Source: a bacterium
Lineage (GTDB): Bacteria > UBA8248
Reading direction: 5' to 3'
Assembly: GCA_965261085.1 (NCBI GenBank)
Contig: OZ253442.1
Location: forward strand, 3,296,001-3,360,000
DNA length: 64,000 nucleotides
Shown: positions 1 through 11,471 of the stretch, in pieces
How the letters are laid out: every line of letters begins with the position of its first letter
Numbering within the stretch: position 1 is the stretch's first letter
Translations under genes and position numbers: made by a program
The notes under the pieces: generated by a model
What the model saw: the letters and a program-made list of their open reading frames with translations, nothing else
Database searches by the model: none
What the model was told of the DNA's origin: nothing

Positions 1-113
1 CTACGAGGCCCTGCTGCGCCAGGTGTGGGGCGGACGTCACAACGGCGATACGCAACTGGTGCGCACCTTCGTGAAGAAGCTCCGGCGCATGCCCGGCGAA
101 GACGCGGCCAACC
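1..113 (+). pseudogene. Fragment of OmpR/KdpE-type response regulator C-terminal winged-helix domain (cut by window edge)
   Basis: Frame 2 reads YEALLRQVWGGRHNGDTQLVRTFVKKLRRMPGEDAAN, matching the LL..VWG...D...v....LR.K pattern of Trans_reg_C; similarity is lost after ~113. Confidence 0.65.
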
Positions 114-228
114 ATTGCGGTCGTGGACGGCGTAGCGTATCTGGGCGCCGACTAGTGTCTTGTAGCCGAGATAGTGGTAGCGGGCGACGAACTCGTTCCA
201 CAGCCTGCCCTCGCGGGCGCCGCGGACC

Positions 229-3200
229 TCACATGACCTCTTCCACCGACAGCGTATAGCTGCCTTCCCAGTATGCCTGGGCGCCGGCCGCCACATAGTA
301 GGCGCCGGCATCCTGCGCCGTGAATTCCACATAGCTGTTGCGGCCTTCGCCGCCGTTGTCGTCCGTCGTACCGGCGATGAGGTCGCCATTCGCGTCGTGG
401 ACCCCGTACAGATACGGGTCCCTCAGGGCGCCGTTCCCGGTCGGCGAGCCCTCCAGGTCGATCCGGTAGGTCCTGCCCGCCTCGAGCGTCACCGCGAACC
501 AGTCACGGTCACCCTCGAATTCGATATCGCCCGTCGCCGAGCCGCCGACCGCCACCGCGCCGCTCGTCCCGATCCCGGCCGCAAAATCGTCCGGGACGCC
601 GTTCGTGATATCCATCACCGACAGCGTGTAGGTGCCTTCCCTGCTTCCATAAGCGCCGGCCGCCACATAGTAGGTGGCGTCCTCCTCCGCCGTGAAATCC
701 ACCCGGCTGTTGCGGCCCGCGCCGCCGTCGTCGTCCGTCGTACCGGCGATGAGGTCGCCATTCGCGTCGTGGACCCCGTACAGATACGAGTCACTCAGGG
801 TGTCGTTCCCGGTCGGCGAGCCCTCCAGGTCGATCCGGTAGGTCCTGCCCGCCTCCAGGGTCACCGCGAACCAGTCGCGGTCGCCATAGATCTCGATATC
901 GCCCGTCGCCGAGCCGCCCACCTCCACCGCGCCGCTCGTCCCGATCCCGACCGAAAAATCGTCCGGGACATCCTCCACATCCTCCACCGACAGCGTGTAG
1001 GTGCCTTCCCTGCTTCCATAAGCGCCGGCCGCCACATAGTAGGTCCCGGCATTCTCCGCCGTGAACGTCACCCGGCTGTTGGCGCCCTCGCCGCTGTTGT
1101 CGTCCGTCGTGCCGGGGATGAGGTCGCCATTCGCGTCGTGGACCCCGTACAGATACGGGTTGTACAGGGCGCCGGCCCCGGTCCACCAGCCCTCCAGGTC
1201 GATCCGGTAGGTCCTGCCCGCCTCGAGCGTCACCGCGAACCAGTCGTGGTCGCCATAGATCTCGATCTCGCCCGTCGCCGAGCCGTCCACCTCCACCGTG
1301 CCGGTGGTCTGCGTCGTGGCCTCGAAATCGTCCGGGACATCCTCCACATCCTCCACCGACAGCGTGTAGGCGCCTTCCCAGTTTCCCCCGGCGCCGGCCG
1401 CCACATAGTAGGCGCCGGTATCCGCCGCCGTGAACATCACCCGGCTGTTGGCGCCCTCGCCGCTGTTGGCGTCCGTCGTGCCGGGGATGAGGTCGCCATT
1501 CGCGTCGTGGACCCCGTACAGATACGGGTTGTACAGGGTGCCGGCCCCGGTCCACGAGCCCTCCAGGTCGATCCGGTAGGTCCTGCCCGCCTCCAGGGTC
1601 ACCGCGAACCAGTCGCGGTCGCCCCCGGTCTCGATCTCGCCCGTCGCCGAGCCGTCCACCTCCACCGTGCCGGTGGTCTGCGTCGTGGCCTCGAAATCGT
1701 CCGTGACTTCCGCCACCGACAGCGTGTAGGCGCCTTCCCAGTTTCCCCCGGCGCCGGCCGCCACATAGTAGGTCCCGGCATCCTCCGCCGTGAACGTCAC
1801 CCGGCTGTTGGCGCCCTCGCCGCCGTTGTCGTCCGTCGTGCCGGCGATGAGGACGCCTTCCGCGTCGTGGACCCCGTACAGATACGGGTTGTACAGGGTG
1901 CCGTTCCCGGTCGACGCGCCCTCCAGGTCGATCCGGTAGGTACTGCCCGCCTCCAGGGTCACCGCGAACCAGTCGCGGTCGCCCCCGGTCTCGATCTCGC
2001 CCGTCGCCGAGCCGCCCACCGCCACCGCCCCGCTCGTCCCGATCCCGGCTTCGAAATCGTCCGGGACTTCCGTCACCGACAGCGTGTAGGCGCCTTCCCA
2101 GTTTCCCCCGGCGCCGGCCGCCACATAGTAGGTCCCGGCATCCTCCGCCGTGAACGTCACCCGGCTGTTGGCGCCCTCGCCACCGTTGTCGTCCGTCGTG
2201 CCGGCGATGAGGACGCCTTCCGCGTCGTGGACCCCGTACAGATACGGGTTGTACAGGGTGCCGGCCCCGGTCCACGAGCCCTCCAGGTCGATCTGGTAGG
2301 TCCTGCCCGCCTCGAGCGTCACCGCGAACCAGTCGCGGTCGCCATAGATCTCGATCTCGCCCGTCGCCGAGCCGCCCACCGCCACCGCGCCGCTCGTCCC
2401 GGTCCCCTCCTCGAAATCATCCGGGACTTCCGTCACCGACAGCTTGTAGGCGCCTTCCCCGTATACCCAGGCGCCGGCCACCACATAGTAGGCGCCGGTA
2501 TCCGCCGCCGTGAACGTCACCCGGCTGTTGTAGCCCACGCCGCCGTTGTCGTCCGTCGTGCCGGCGAAGCGGACGCCTTCCGCGTCGTGGACCCCGTACA
2601 GATACGGGTTGAACAGGGTGCCGGCCCCGGTCGACGCGCCCTCCAGGTCGATCAGGTAGGTACTGCCCGCATCGAGCTCGACGGCGAACCAGTCGCGGTC
2701 GCCCCCGGTCTCGATCTCGCCCGTCGCCGATCCGCCGACCGCCACCGCGCCGCTCGTCCCGGTCCCCTCCTCGAAATCGTCCGGGACCTCCGTCACCGAC
2801 AGCTTGTAGGCGCCTTCCTGTTCTCTCCAGGCCCCGGCCGCCACATAGTAGGCGCCGGTATCCGCCGCCGTGAAAAGCACCCGGCTGTTGTAGCCCACGC
2901 CGCCGTTGTCGTCCGTCGTGCCGGCGATGAGGACGCCTTCCGCGTCGTGGACCCCGTACAGATACGGGTTGTACAGGGTGCCGGCCCCGGTCCACGAGCC
3001 CTCCAGGTCGATCTGGTAGGTCCTGCCCGCATCGAGCGTCACCGCGAACCAGTCGCGGTCGCCATTGAAGTCGATCTCGTCCGTCGCCGAGCCGCCGACC
3101 GCCACCGCGCCGCTCGTCCCGGTCCCCTCCTCCAAATCGTCCGTGACTTCCATCACCGACAGCGTGTAGGCGCCTTCCCGTTCTCTCCAGGCTCCGGCCG

Positions 3201-4215
3201 CCACATAGTAGGTGGCGTTCTCCTCCGCCCTGAACTCCACCCGGCTGTTGCGTTCCTTGCCGCCGTCGTCGTCCGTCGTGCCGGCGAAGCGGACGCCGTC
3301 CGCGTTGTAGATCCCGCGCAGATACGGGTCCGCCAAGGTGCCGGCCCCGGTCCACCAGCCCTCCAGGTCGATCTGGTAGGTCCTGCCCGCCTCCAGGGTC
3401 ACAGCGAACCAGTCGCGGTCGCCCTCGAATTCGATCTCGCCCGTCGCCGAGCCGCCCACCACCACCGCGCCGCTCGTCCCGGTCTCCGCCGAAAAATCGT
3501 CCGTGACTTCCATCACCGACAGCGTGTAGGTGCCTCTCCTGGTTCCAGAAGCGCCGGTCGCCACATAGTAGGCGCCGTCCTCCTCCGCCGTGAACGTCAA
3601 CCGGCTGTTGTCGCCCGAGGCGGTGATGAGGACGCCGTCCGCGTCGTGGACCCCGCGCAGATACGGGAAGTACAGGGTGCCGGCCCCGCTCTCCGAGCCC
3701 TCCACGTCGATCCAGTAGGTCTTGCCCGCCTCCAGGGTCACCGCGAACCAGTCGCGGTCGCCCACAATCTCGATCTCGCCCGTCGCCGAGCCGCCCACCG
3801 CCACCGCGCCGGTGGTCTGCGTCGTGGCCGCAAAATCGTCCGGGGCGCTGTCCGTGGCATCCGTCACCGACAGCGTGTAGGCGCCTTCCCGGTCTCTCTA
3901 GGCTCCGGCCGCCACATAGTAGGTGGCGTTCTCCTCCGCCCTGAACTCCACCCGGCTGTTGCGGTCCGCGCCGCCGTCGTCGTCCGTCGTGCCGGCGAAG
4001 CGGACGCCGTCCGCGTTGTAGATCCCGCGCAGATAGGGGTTGTACAGGGTGCCGCCCCTGGAATCCGAACCCTCCAGGTCGATCCGGTAGATCCTGCCCG
4101 CCTCCAGGGTTACCGCGAACCAGTCGCGGTCGCTCCTGGTCTCGATCTCGCCCGTCGCCGAGCCGCCCACCTCCACCGCGCCGGTGGTCTGCGTCGTGGA
4201 TGAATAGTCGTCAGG
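229..4215. repeat. Intragenic tandem repeat, ~360-bp unit x11
   Basis: Segments such as accgcgaaccagtcgcggtc and gacagcgtgtagg recur at ~360-bp spacing. Confidence 0.95.
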
Positions 4216-4218
4216 CAT
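229..4218 (-). pseudogene. Large acidic repeat surface protein, 11 tandem ~120-aa PPC-like domains, interrupted by one in-frame TAG at 3898-3900
   Basis: ORFs 3898..4218 and 229..3867 are in the same frame; GCC-TAG-AGA replaces GCC-TGG-AGA of sister repeats; RBS AGGAGG before ATG 4218; 11 DxDWFAV motifs; no signal peptide. Confidence 0.8.
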
Positions 4219-4483
4219 GGTCCGCCTCCTTTCTCAAGTGGATAAAAAAAGAAAATTATATGCAAATTTATATGAACAATCAAATAAAATATATCACATG
4301 ACGTCCAAAAAATAAACGACAAATCGTCATGCCGAGGGTGTATAGTGCGTATGTAAACTTCCTGTTTTCAACTCGAATCGGGTGATTTCCCGGGAAATGC
4401 GGTGAACGCCCCGGAAACGGCGGCTTTCATCCCATCCCCCTGGGAGAGCGCCGCCGCCGAGTCCTTCGAGTGTCGATTCGAAT

Positions 4484-4580
4484 CCGGCGCATGCCCGGCG
4501 AAGACGCGGCCAAACCTGCCTCCATCGCCAACGAACACGGGGTCGGCCACCGCATGGCACGGCGGGACTGGCCCTCACGG
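4484..4580 (+). pseudogene. Second relic of OmpR-type winged-helix C-terminus
   Basis: Reads RRMPGEDAAKPASIANEHGVGHRMARR; DNA nearly identical to 82-113 and 26739-26835. Confidence 0.65.
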
Positions 4581-4668
4581 CCCGGCCCGCCGGGTTCACC
4601 GGCAGGGCCTCCCGCGGAGGCCGCACTCTGAGGCCGTACGACAGCTTTCGCGGTCGCCGCCGCGCACC

Positions 4669-7600
4669 TCACATGACCTCTTCCACCGACACCGACAGCG
4701 TGTAGGCGCCTTCCCAGGTTCCCCCGGCGCCGGCCGCCACATAGTAGGTCCCGGCATCGTCGGCAGTGAACTCCATCCGGCTGTTCCAGTCCGTGCCCCC
4801 GTCGTCGGCCGTCGTGCCGGGGAGGAGGTTGCCGTCCGCGTCGTGGAGCCCGCGCAGGTACGGGTCCCTCATGGTGCCGTGCCCTGTGTCATCGCCCTTG
4901 AGATCGATCCGGTAGATCTTGTCCGCCTCCAGGGTCACCGCGAACCAGTCTTGGTCGCCACCGGTCTCGATCTCGCCCATCACCGAACCGCCCACCGCCA
5001 CCGTGCCGTTCGTCCCGGTCCCGGCTTCGTAATCGTCCGGGACGCCGTCCGTGACATCCGTTACAAACAGCGTGTAGGTGCCTGCCTGGTATCCATTATA
5101 AGAGGATACATAACCGCCGGCCGCTACATAGTAGACGGCGTCCTCCTCTGGCGTGAACGTCACCCGACTGTTGTAGACGGCGCCACCATTGTTGTCCGTC
5201 GTGCCGGGGAGGAGGAGGCCGTCCGCGTCGTGGACCCCGCGCAGATACGGGTTGTACAGGGTGCCGCCCCCAGTCCACGAGCCCTCCAGGTCGATCCGGT
5301 AGGTCCTGCCCGCCTCCAGCGTCACCGCGAACCAGTCGCGGTCATCCTCGAAGTCGATCCTGCCCGTCTCCGAGCCGCCGACCTCCACCGCGCCGGCGGT
5401 GTCGGTCCCCGCCGCAAAATCGTCCGGGATTTCCGTCACCGACAGCGTGTAGGCGCCTTCCCAATCTGAATCAGAGCCGACTGCCACGTAGTAGGCGCCG
5501 GCCTCCTCCGCCGTGAAATACACCCGGCTGGTGACGTACCCCGTGCCGCCCTTGTTATCCTCCGTGCCGTCGATGAGGATGCCGTTCGCGTCGTGGATAC
5601 CGCGCACGTACGGGTCGTACAGGGTGGCAAACCTGTTCTCAAAGTCCAGCTTGATCCGGTAGATACCGCCCGCCTCCAGCGTCACCGCGAACCAGTCGCG
5701 GTCGCCGAAGATCTCGATATCGCCCGTCGCCGATCCGTCCACCTCCACCGCGCCGCTCGTCCCGGTTCCGGCCTCGAAATCATCCGGGTCGCCGTCCGTG
5801 GTATCCGTCACCGACAGGGTGTAGGTGCCTACCACGCGTCCATAGCCGCCGGCCGCCACATAGTAGGTGGCGTCCTCCTCCGCCGTGAAATACACCCGGC
5901 TGTTGTAGCCCGCACCTTCGCTGCCGTCCGTGATATCGACGATGAGTACCCCGTTCGCGTCGTAGATCCCTTGCATATCCGGAACGCTCAGGGTGCCGGC
6001 TGCGGTGAAGAAGCCCTCCAGGTCGATCCGGTAGGTCCTGCCCGCATCGAGCGTCACCGCGAACCAGTCGCGGTCGCCCGGGGACTCGATCTCGCCCGTC
6101 GTCGAGCCGCCCACCGCCACCGCGCCGGTCGTCCCGGTCCCCGCATCGAAATCGTCCCGGTACTCCGTCACCGACAGCGTGTAGGTTCCTTTCTCGTTTG
6201 CATAGCCACCGGCAGCCACGTAGTAGGTCCCGGTTTCATCCACCGTGATATACACCCGGCTGTTGCTGCCCGCGCCGCCGTCGTCGTTCGTCGTGCCGGC
6301 GAGGCGGTCGCCGTCCGCGTCGTGGATACCGCGCAGGTACGGGTCACTCAGGTTGCCGGCCCCGGTATCGTAGCCCTCCAGGTCGATCCGGTACCTCTTG
6401 CCCGCCTCCAGTTCCACCGCGAACCAGTCGCGGTCGTTCACGTGTTGGATCGTTCCCCTCGCCGAGCCGCCGACCGCAACCGCACCGGTCGTCCCGGTCC
6501 CCGCCGCAAAATCGTCCGTGTGGGTGTCCGTGACATCGGCCACCGACAGCCTGTAGGTGCCTTCCCTGGTTCCCCAGGCGCCGGCCGCCACGTAGTAGGT
6601 CCCGGTTTCATCCAGCGTGAGCGTCTGCCGGCTGTTGAGGCCGCGGCCGGAATCGTTGACCGTCGTGCCCACGATGAAGAAGTGGTCCTCGTTGTAGACC
6701 CCACGCAGGTACGGGTCCACCAAAGTGCCGGCCCCGGTCCACGAACCCTCGAGATCGATCCGGTATATCCGGCCCGCCTCCAGCTCGACCGCGAACCAGT
6801 CGCGGTCACCCGGGGTCCCGATCTTGCCTGTCGCAGTGTCGCCCACCGCAACCCGGCCGGTCGTGGAGGTGTCTTCCGGAAGGTCCTCGCCGTCCGGTTC
6901 GGACACACTAGCCTCCTGCTGAAGACTGACGTATTCCTCCACATCGGCCACGTCGGTGACGTTGACGGTCACGCTCACGTCGCTGTGCAGGCCGCCGTCG
7001 CTCGCCCGCACCGTCAGTTCGTAGCTCCTCGTCTCCGACTCGTAGTCCTCGCCCGCGCCCCGGTACGACAGGGCGCCCGTCCCCGGGTCGATGGCGAACA
7101 GGCCGTCGGGGTCGCCGGCCTCGATGCTGTAGGTAATCGTCGAGTTCTCAGGATCCGTCGCCTGTACCAGGCCGAGAGAAACAGGGATCGTGCCCCCGTC
7201 CGCGTTCTCCGCCAGTGAGAACGCATAGCTCGTCTCCGCGAACGCCGGCGCTTCGGCCACGTCGGTGACGTTGACGTTGACGGTCACGTCGCTGTGCAGG
7301 CCGCCGTCGCTCGCCCGCACCGTCAGCTCGTAGCTCCTCGTCCCCGACTCGTAGTCCTCGCCCGTGCCCAGATACACCACAAGGCCCGTCTCGGCGTCGA
7401 TCATGAACAGGCCATCGGGGTCGCCGGCCTCTATGCTGTAGGTTATCCTGTCGTTGTCCGGATCTGTCGCGACAACCGGTGCGACGGCGATGCCGAATAA
7501 GGCGCCGTCGGCATTCTCCGCCAGATCGAAGGCGTAGCTCGGCTGCGCGAACGCCGGCGCTTCGGCCACGTCGGTGACGTTGACGGTCACGGTCACGTCG

Positions 7601-10020
7601 CTGTGCAGGCCGCCGTCGCCGGCGCGCACCGTCAGCTCGTACCGGATCGCACCCGACTCGTAGTCCTCGCCCGCGCCCTGGTACGACAGGGCGCCCGACT
7701 CGGAGTCGATGGCGAACAGGCCACCGGAGTCGCCCGCCTCGATGCTGTAGGTAATCGTCGAGTCTTCCGGGTCCGTCGCCGATACCGCGCCCAGAGACAC
7801 CCCGTTCGCGCCCCCGTCCGCGTTCTCCGCAAGCGTGAACTCGTAGGACGTCTGCCCGAACGCCGGAGCTTCGGCCACGTCGGTGACGTTGACGGTCACG
7901 TCGCTGTGCAGGCCGCCGTCGCCGGCGCGCACCGTCAGCTCGTAGCTGGTCGTGCCCGACTCGTAGTCCTCGCCCGCGCCCTCGTACGACAGGGCGCCCG
8001 TCCCTGAGTCGATGGCGAACAGGCCACCGGAGTCGCCCGCCTCGATGCTGTAGCTCACCGCCGCATCTTCGGGGTCCGTGGCCGAAACCGCGCCCAGAGA
8101 CACCCCGTTCGCGCCCCCGTCCGCGTTCTCCGCGAGTGAGAACGCGTAGCTCCCCTCCGCGAACGCCGGAGGACCGTTCACGGTTTCCTGCTGTGCGGTC
8201 TGAGGCGAGACGTCCCTGACCTCAACCTCGTAGGCGCCGAGTCCGGAGTAGGCGCCGGCGATGATGTAATGTGTGCCGCTCTCGGTCGGGGTGAAGTTCA
8301 ACCGGCTGTTGTAGCCTTCGCCTCCATCGTCGTTGGACACGCCCGCAATTCGGCTGCCGTCAGGGCCCTTGATGCCGCGCAGATAGGGGTCGCTCAGCGT
8401 GCCGTCGCCCGTCGGGCTGCCCCTGAGATCGATGATGTAGGTCCGCCCCGCAACCAGCTCCACCGCAAACCCATCCCGGTCGCCCGTGCTCCCGATCTTG
8501 CCCGTCGCCGTGTCGCCGACCGCAATCCGACCGGCAGTGGAGATGTTCGCTGCGAAGTCCTCGCCGTACGGCTCGGATACCGTCTGAGGAGTGTTTTGCT
8601 CGCTCTGCGTGACCAGCGGCTCAACCTCCTCCAGCTCCTGGAGGTCGGTGACGTTTACGGTCACGGTCACGTCGCTGTGCAGGCCGCCGTCACTCGCCCG
8701 CACCGTCAACTCATAGCTCGTCGTGCCCGACTCGTAGTCCTCGCCCGCGCCCTGGTACGACAGGGCGCCCGTCCCCGGGTCGATGGCGAACAGGCCACCG
8801 GAGTCGCCCGCCTCGATGCTGTAGGTAATCGTCGAGTTTTCCGGGTCCGTCGCCGATACCGCGCCCAACGCTACACTGCTCGCGCCGCCGTCCGCGTTCT
8901 CCGCGAGTGAGAACGCGTAGCTCCCCTCCGCGAACGCCGGCGCTTCGGCCACGTCGGTGACGTTGACGGTGACGGTCACGTCGCTGTGCAGGCCGCCGTC
9001 ACTCGCCCGCACCGTCAGTTCGTAGCTGGTCGTCCCCGACTCGTAGTCCTCGCCCGCGCCCTGGTACGACAGGGCGCCCGTCTTCGTGTCGATCGCGAAC
9101 AGGCCACCGGAGTCGCCCGCCTCGATGCTGTAGGTAATCGTCGAGTCTTCCGGGTCCGCCGCAGAGACCGCGCCCAACGCTACACTGATCGCGCCGCCGT
9201 CCGTGTTCTCCGCGAGTGAGAACGCATAGCTCCCCGCCGCGAACGCCGGCGCCTCATTCGCCCCCTCCTGCTGTTGCTGCTCCAAGGCGGCCACCACGGC
9301 GGGATTGGCCCCACTCACCCCATAACGCAGTTTGAATTCGTTGGCGCCTTCTTCCTGCGCTTCCACCCGCACGAAATACGTGCCGGCCAGGAGCGTCTGC
9401 GAAATCCACTCGCTCGCCGTCCCCTCCTCCGTGCCGCTGTAGAGGACGTTGCCTTCGGCGTCCTCCAGAAACAGGTCGGCATCCGCATCCTGCCGGCGCA
9501 AACCCAGTCCAACCCTCCTGGCCTCCGAAAGCGTGAAGCGCCAGTAGTCCACCGAGTCGGAGGAGCCGTCGAGTGATGCTGCCGGAAACTGCGGCCCGGC
9601 GAGCTCCGTGATATCGCCGAGATCGGTCGCGCCGCCGCGCTCGGCGTCCGTATCCACCCATTCCGTCACGCGCACGGTGTACTCGCCCGTCTGATTCGAA
9701 TGGCCGCGAGCTTCGATATAGTAGGCGCCGGTGGTGGCGGCGGTGAAGGTCAACCGGGCGTCCCTGCCGACGCCGCCATCGTTGTCCCGGGCGCCCGCAA
9801 TCCGGTTGCCGGCGGCGTCGTAGAGGCCTCGCAGTACCGGGTCCTGCAGGGCGCCACCGCCGCTGTCGGCTCCCTCCAGGCCGATGACGTAGGTATGGCC
9901 GGCGACCAGGTCGACCGCGAACCAGTCGAAGTCTTTCGAGGTCTCGATCTCACCCGCCGCCGAGCCGCCCACCGCAACCGTTCCGGTGGTCTGCGTATCG
10001 GATGTATAGTCGTCAGGCAT
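4669..10020 (-). CDS. 1783-aa acidic adhesin-like protein: 2 N-terminal PPC-like domains, 2 cadherin, 1 PPC, 4 cadherin, 6 PPC; probable T1SS substrate
   Basis: Cadherin motifs (F..SY.F.LAEN, VSATDPE, ITYSI, LFAID..TG.L, DYE, Y.LTVRASDG, V.VTDV) and PPC-like DWFAV.L.AG.TY..DL..G / G.YYV.. repeats; RBS GAAAGG; no Sec signal. Confidence 0.88.
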   Translation of the reverse strand: MPDDYTSDTQTTGTVAVGGSAAGEIETSKDFDWFAVDLVAGHTYVIGLEGADSGGGALQDPVLRGLYDAAGNRIAGARDNDGGVGRDARLTFTAATTGAYYIEARGHSNQTGEYTVRVTEWVDTDAERGGATDLGDITELAGPQFPAASLDGSSDSVDYWRFTLSEARRVGLGLRRQDADADLFLEDAEGNVLYSGTEEGTASEWISQTLLAGTYFVRVEAQEEGANEFKLRYGVSGANPAVVAALEQQQQEGANEAPAFAAGSYAFSLAENTDGGAISVALGAVSAADPEDSTITYSIEAGDSGGLFAIDTKTGALSYQGAGEDYESGTTSYELTVRASDGGLHSDVTVTVNVTDVAEAPAFAEGSYAFSLAENADGGASSVALGAVSATDPENSTITYSIEAGDSGGLFAIDPGTGALSYQGAGEDYESGTTSYELTVRASDGGLHSDVTVTVNVTDLQELEEVEPLVTQSEQNTPQTVSEPYGEDFAANISTAGRIAVGDTATGKIGSTGDRDGFAVELVAGRTYIIDLRGSPTGDGTLSDPYLRGIKGPDGSRIAGVSNDDGGEGYNSRLNFTPTESGTHYIIAGAYSGLGAYEVEVRDVSPQTAQQETVNGPPAFAEGSYAFSLAENADGGANGVSLGAVSATDPEDAAVSYSIEAGDSGGLFAIDSGTGALSYEGAGEDYESGTTSYELTVRAGDGGLHSDVTVNVTDVAEAPAFGQTSYEFTLAENADGGANGVSLGAVSATDPEDSTITYSIEAGDSGGLFAIDSESGALSYQGAGEDYESGAIRYELTVRAGDGGLHSDVTVTVNVTDVAEAPAFAQPSYAFDLAENADGALFGIAVAPVVATDPDNDRITYSIEAGDPDGLFMIDAETGLVVYLGTGEDYESGTRSYELTVRASDGGLHSDVTVNVNVTDVAEAPAFAETSYAFSLAENADGGTIPVSLGLVQATDPENSTITYSIEAGDPDGLFAIDPGTGALSYRGAGEDYESETRSYELTVRASDGGLHSDVSVTVNVTDVADVEEYVSLQQEASVSEPDGEDLPEDTSTTGRVAVGDTATGKIGTPGDRDWFAVELEAGRIYRIDLEGSWTGAGTLVDPYLRGVYNEDHFFIVGTTVNDSGRGLNSRQTLTLDETGTYYVAAGAWGTREGTYRLSVADVTDTHTDDFAAGTGTTGAVAVGGSARGTIQHVNDRDWFAVELEAGKRYRIDLEGYDTGAGNLSDPYLRGIHDADGDRLAGTTNDDGGAGSNSRVYITVDETGTYYVAAGGYANEKGTYTLSVTEYRDDFDAGTGTTGAVAVGGSTTGEIESPGDRDWFAVTLDAGRTYRIDLEGFFTAAGTLSVPDMQGIYDANGVLIVDITDGSEGAGYNSRVYFTAEEDATYYVAAGGYGRVVGTYTLSVTDTTDGDPDDFEAGTGTSGAVEVDGSATGDIEIFGDRDWFAVTLEAGGIYRIKLDFENRFATLYDPYVRGIHDANGILIDGTEDNKGGTGYVTSRVYFTAEEAGAYYVAVGSDSDWEGAYTLSVTEIPDDFAAGTDTAGAVEVGGSETGRIDFEDDRDWFAVTLEAGRTYRIDLEGSWTGGGTLYNPYLRGVHDADGLLLPGTTDNNGGAVYNSRVTFTPEEDAVYYVAAGGYVSSYNGYQAGTYTLFVTDVTDGVPDDYEAGTGTNGTVAVGGSVMGEIETGGDQDWFAVTLEADKIYRIDLKGDDTGHGTMRDPYLRGLHDADGNLLPGTTADDGGTDWNSRMEFTADDAGTYYVAAGAGGTWEGAYTLSVSVEEVM

Positions 10021-10345
10021 GGTCTGTCACCTTTCTCAAGTGAATCCGGGGCAATGGGCGCCCCGGCGCAACTCGTTTCTCCTCGTCGAGGGATCCGGAA
10101 AATCCCCCCAAACACTTGCACGCACCGATAACTCCCCGTGCACCGCCCCAGGGTTGCTCTACGGAGCACTGTAAATGACCATGAACCCATTTAAGCACAA
10201 AATGTGTGAACTTAGTGTGAGCGTTTGCGACAATTACGTGTTGTTATCGTGTTGCTTTGGATGAATTCTGCCGTGGGGCCGCAACTGCGCCGTGGACAAG
10301 GCGTTCCGAAACGATCCGCTGACAGTGGGACAGTGGGACGCCGTC
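10021..10345 (-). promoter_or_regulatory. Upstream/promoter region of adhesin gene, duplicated at 29038-29380
   Basis: AT-rich core ctgtaaatgaccatgaacccatttaagcacaaaatgtgtgaacttagtgtgagcgtttgcgacaattacgtgttgttatcgtg is identical in both copies. Confidence 0.6.
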
Positions 10346-10380
10346 AGGCCAGGCCGCGCGCCGCGAGGGAGCGGAGGCGC

Positions 10381-10509
10381 GAACAGGGCTACGCCGGAAC
10401 CGGCAAGACCGCGATGCTGAACCGCGCCCTTCTGGAGAAACGCGGCTACGGGGCCATGGGTCTCGCGCTCTCGGCGCCTGCCGCGCGGACCCTGGAAGCC
10501 GAGGCCGGG
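10381..10509 (+). pseudogene. Relic of TrwC/TraI (MobF) relaxase helicase domain
   Basis: EQGYAGTGKTAML...RGY..MGLALSAPAARTLEAEAG resembles the helicase Walker A and following GLAPS.sAA..L motif. Confidence 0.65.
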
Positions 10510-10576
10510 GATGGTGGTCAAGGTGTTCTTCGCCGAAGGCGAGGCGGTCGAGGAAGGCGACGTGTTGGTGGCGATT
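10508..10576 (+). pseudogene. Short relic of HlyD/RND adaptor lipoyl-like hairpin
   Basis: GMVVKVFFAEGEAVEEGDVLVAI matches G.V..v...EG..V..GD.L. Confidence 0.45.
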
Positions 10577-10578
10577 TT

Positions 10579-10798
10579 TTTGAGACCGCCCACATCGAGG
10601 CGAAGGCGTATTTGCCCGCATTTGACGTCCGTGTTCATAGGGGGGATTTCGGTATAGTGGCGGAGCGACTCGGCTCGTTCGGGCCGAGGGAATTTCTGAA
10701 AAATACGATAAATTCACGGGGTTTTTCGATAAAAAAATGAAAGCATATCCTATTGATATATATTGAGTTAAGCGATAAATCGCCTCTGATCGGGGCGG
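10579..10798. repeat. ~220-bp non-coding direct repeat (copy 1), partner 29706-29921; contains an IHF-like site
   Basis: Shared blocks ttgagaccg.ccacatcgaggcgaaggcgtatt, ggcggagcgactcggctcgttcgggccgagggaatttctgaaaaatacgataaattcacggggtttttcgataaa, cctattgatatatattgagtta and tcgcctctgatcggggcg. Confidence 0.85.
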
Positions 10799-10843
10799 AA
10801 TCAGGCGTTGATGGAACTCAGCAGCGCATGCACCGCCGCGTTC

Positions 10844-11461
10844 AGCCGCGACGGTTCTGGCCAGCGCCGTATTCGGCTCCATCTCCGGCAGCGCGGCAGC
10901 CACGCTGACCTGCGTAGGCGGCGTGATGCTGCCTCGGCTTGAACGGGCCAACTATCCGAAGGGATTCTCGGCCGCGCTGATCTCCAACGCCGCGCCGCTG
11001 GGACTGCCGATCCCGCCGAGCTCGATTCAGATAATCTATGCCTGGGTCACGCGCCAATCCGTGCTGAAATGCTTTCTGGCAAGAGTCGTACCGGGCATCG
11101 TCCTGGTCTTCCTGCTGTGCCTGGTGAACTTCGTCATGATGCGGCATAATAAGGGCACCATGGTCGAAGAAACGCCGGAGTCCTGCTGTCGGCCCCGCTG
11201 ATGTTACCCATCGTACGCGAACTGGGGGTCGATCCGATACAGTTCGCGGCGATCATCGGAGTGAATCTCGGTATGGGCAATATCACGCCGCCTACCGCGC
11301 CGCTGCCGTACTTGGGAGCGCGCCTCGGAAACACCCCCGTGAACTCCATGCTGAAGCATACGCTGATGATGAGCCTGTTCGCGTGGATTCCTACGCTTCT
11401 GTTGGCCACCTACGTCCCGGAGGCGTCGCTCGCGCTGCCCCGGCTGGTGTTCGGACCTTGA
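10844..11461 (+). pseudogene. dctM: TRAP transporter large permease (DctM) remnant with N-terminal loss and internal deletion
   Basis: FGSISGSAAAT, LGLPIPPSS and GVDPIQF..IIGVNLGMGNITPP motifs in two short ORFs totalling ~200 aa versus ~430 aa expected. Confidence 0.8.
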
Positions 11462-11471
11462 GGGCCGCCGT

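Noticed and set aside
3898-3900. Genome-wide TAG recoding (pyrrolysine or alternative code)
   Set aside because: TAG is the normal stop of kbl, the transposase and several transport genes here; no pyl genes visible
397-4203. 1268-aa plus-strand ORF and other long Arg/Gly/Pro-rich ORFs over the repeat genes
   Set aside because: Antisense or off-frame shadows of a GC-rich repetitive gene; no domain motifs
229-10020. Tandem repeats as a CRISPR array
   Set aside because: Units are 300-360 bp in-frame protein domains with no short repeat/unique spacer pattern and no cas genes
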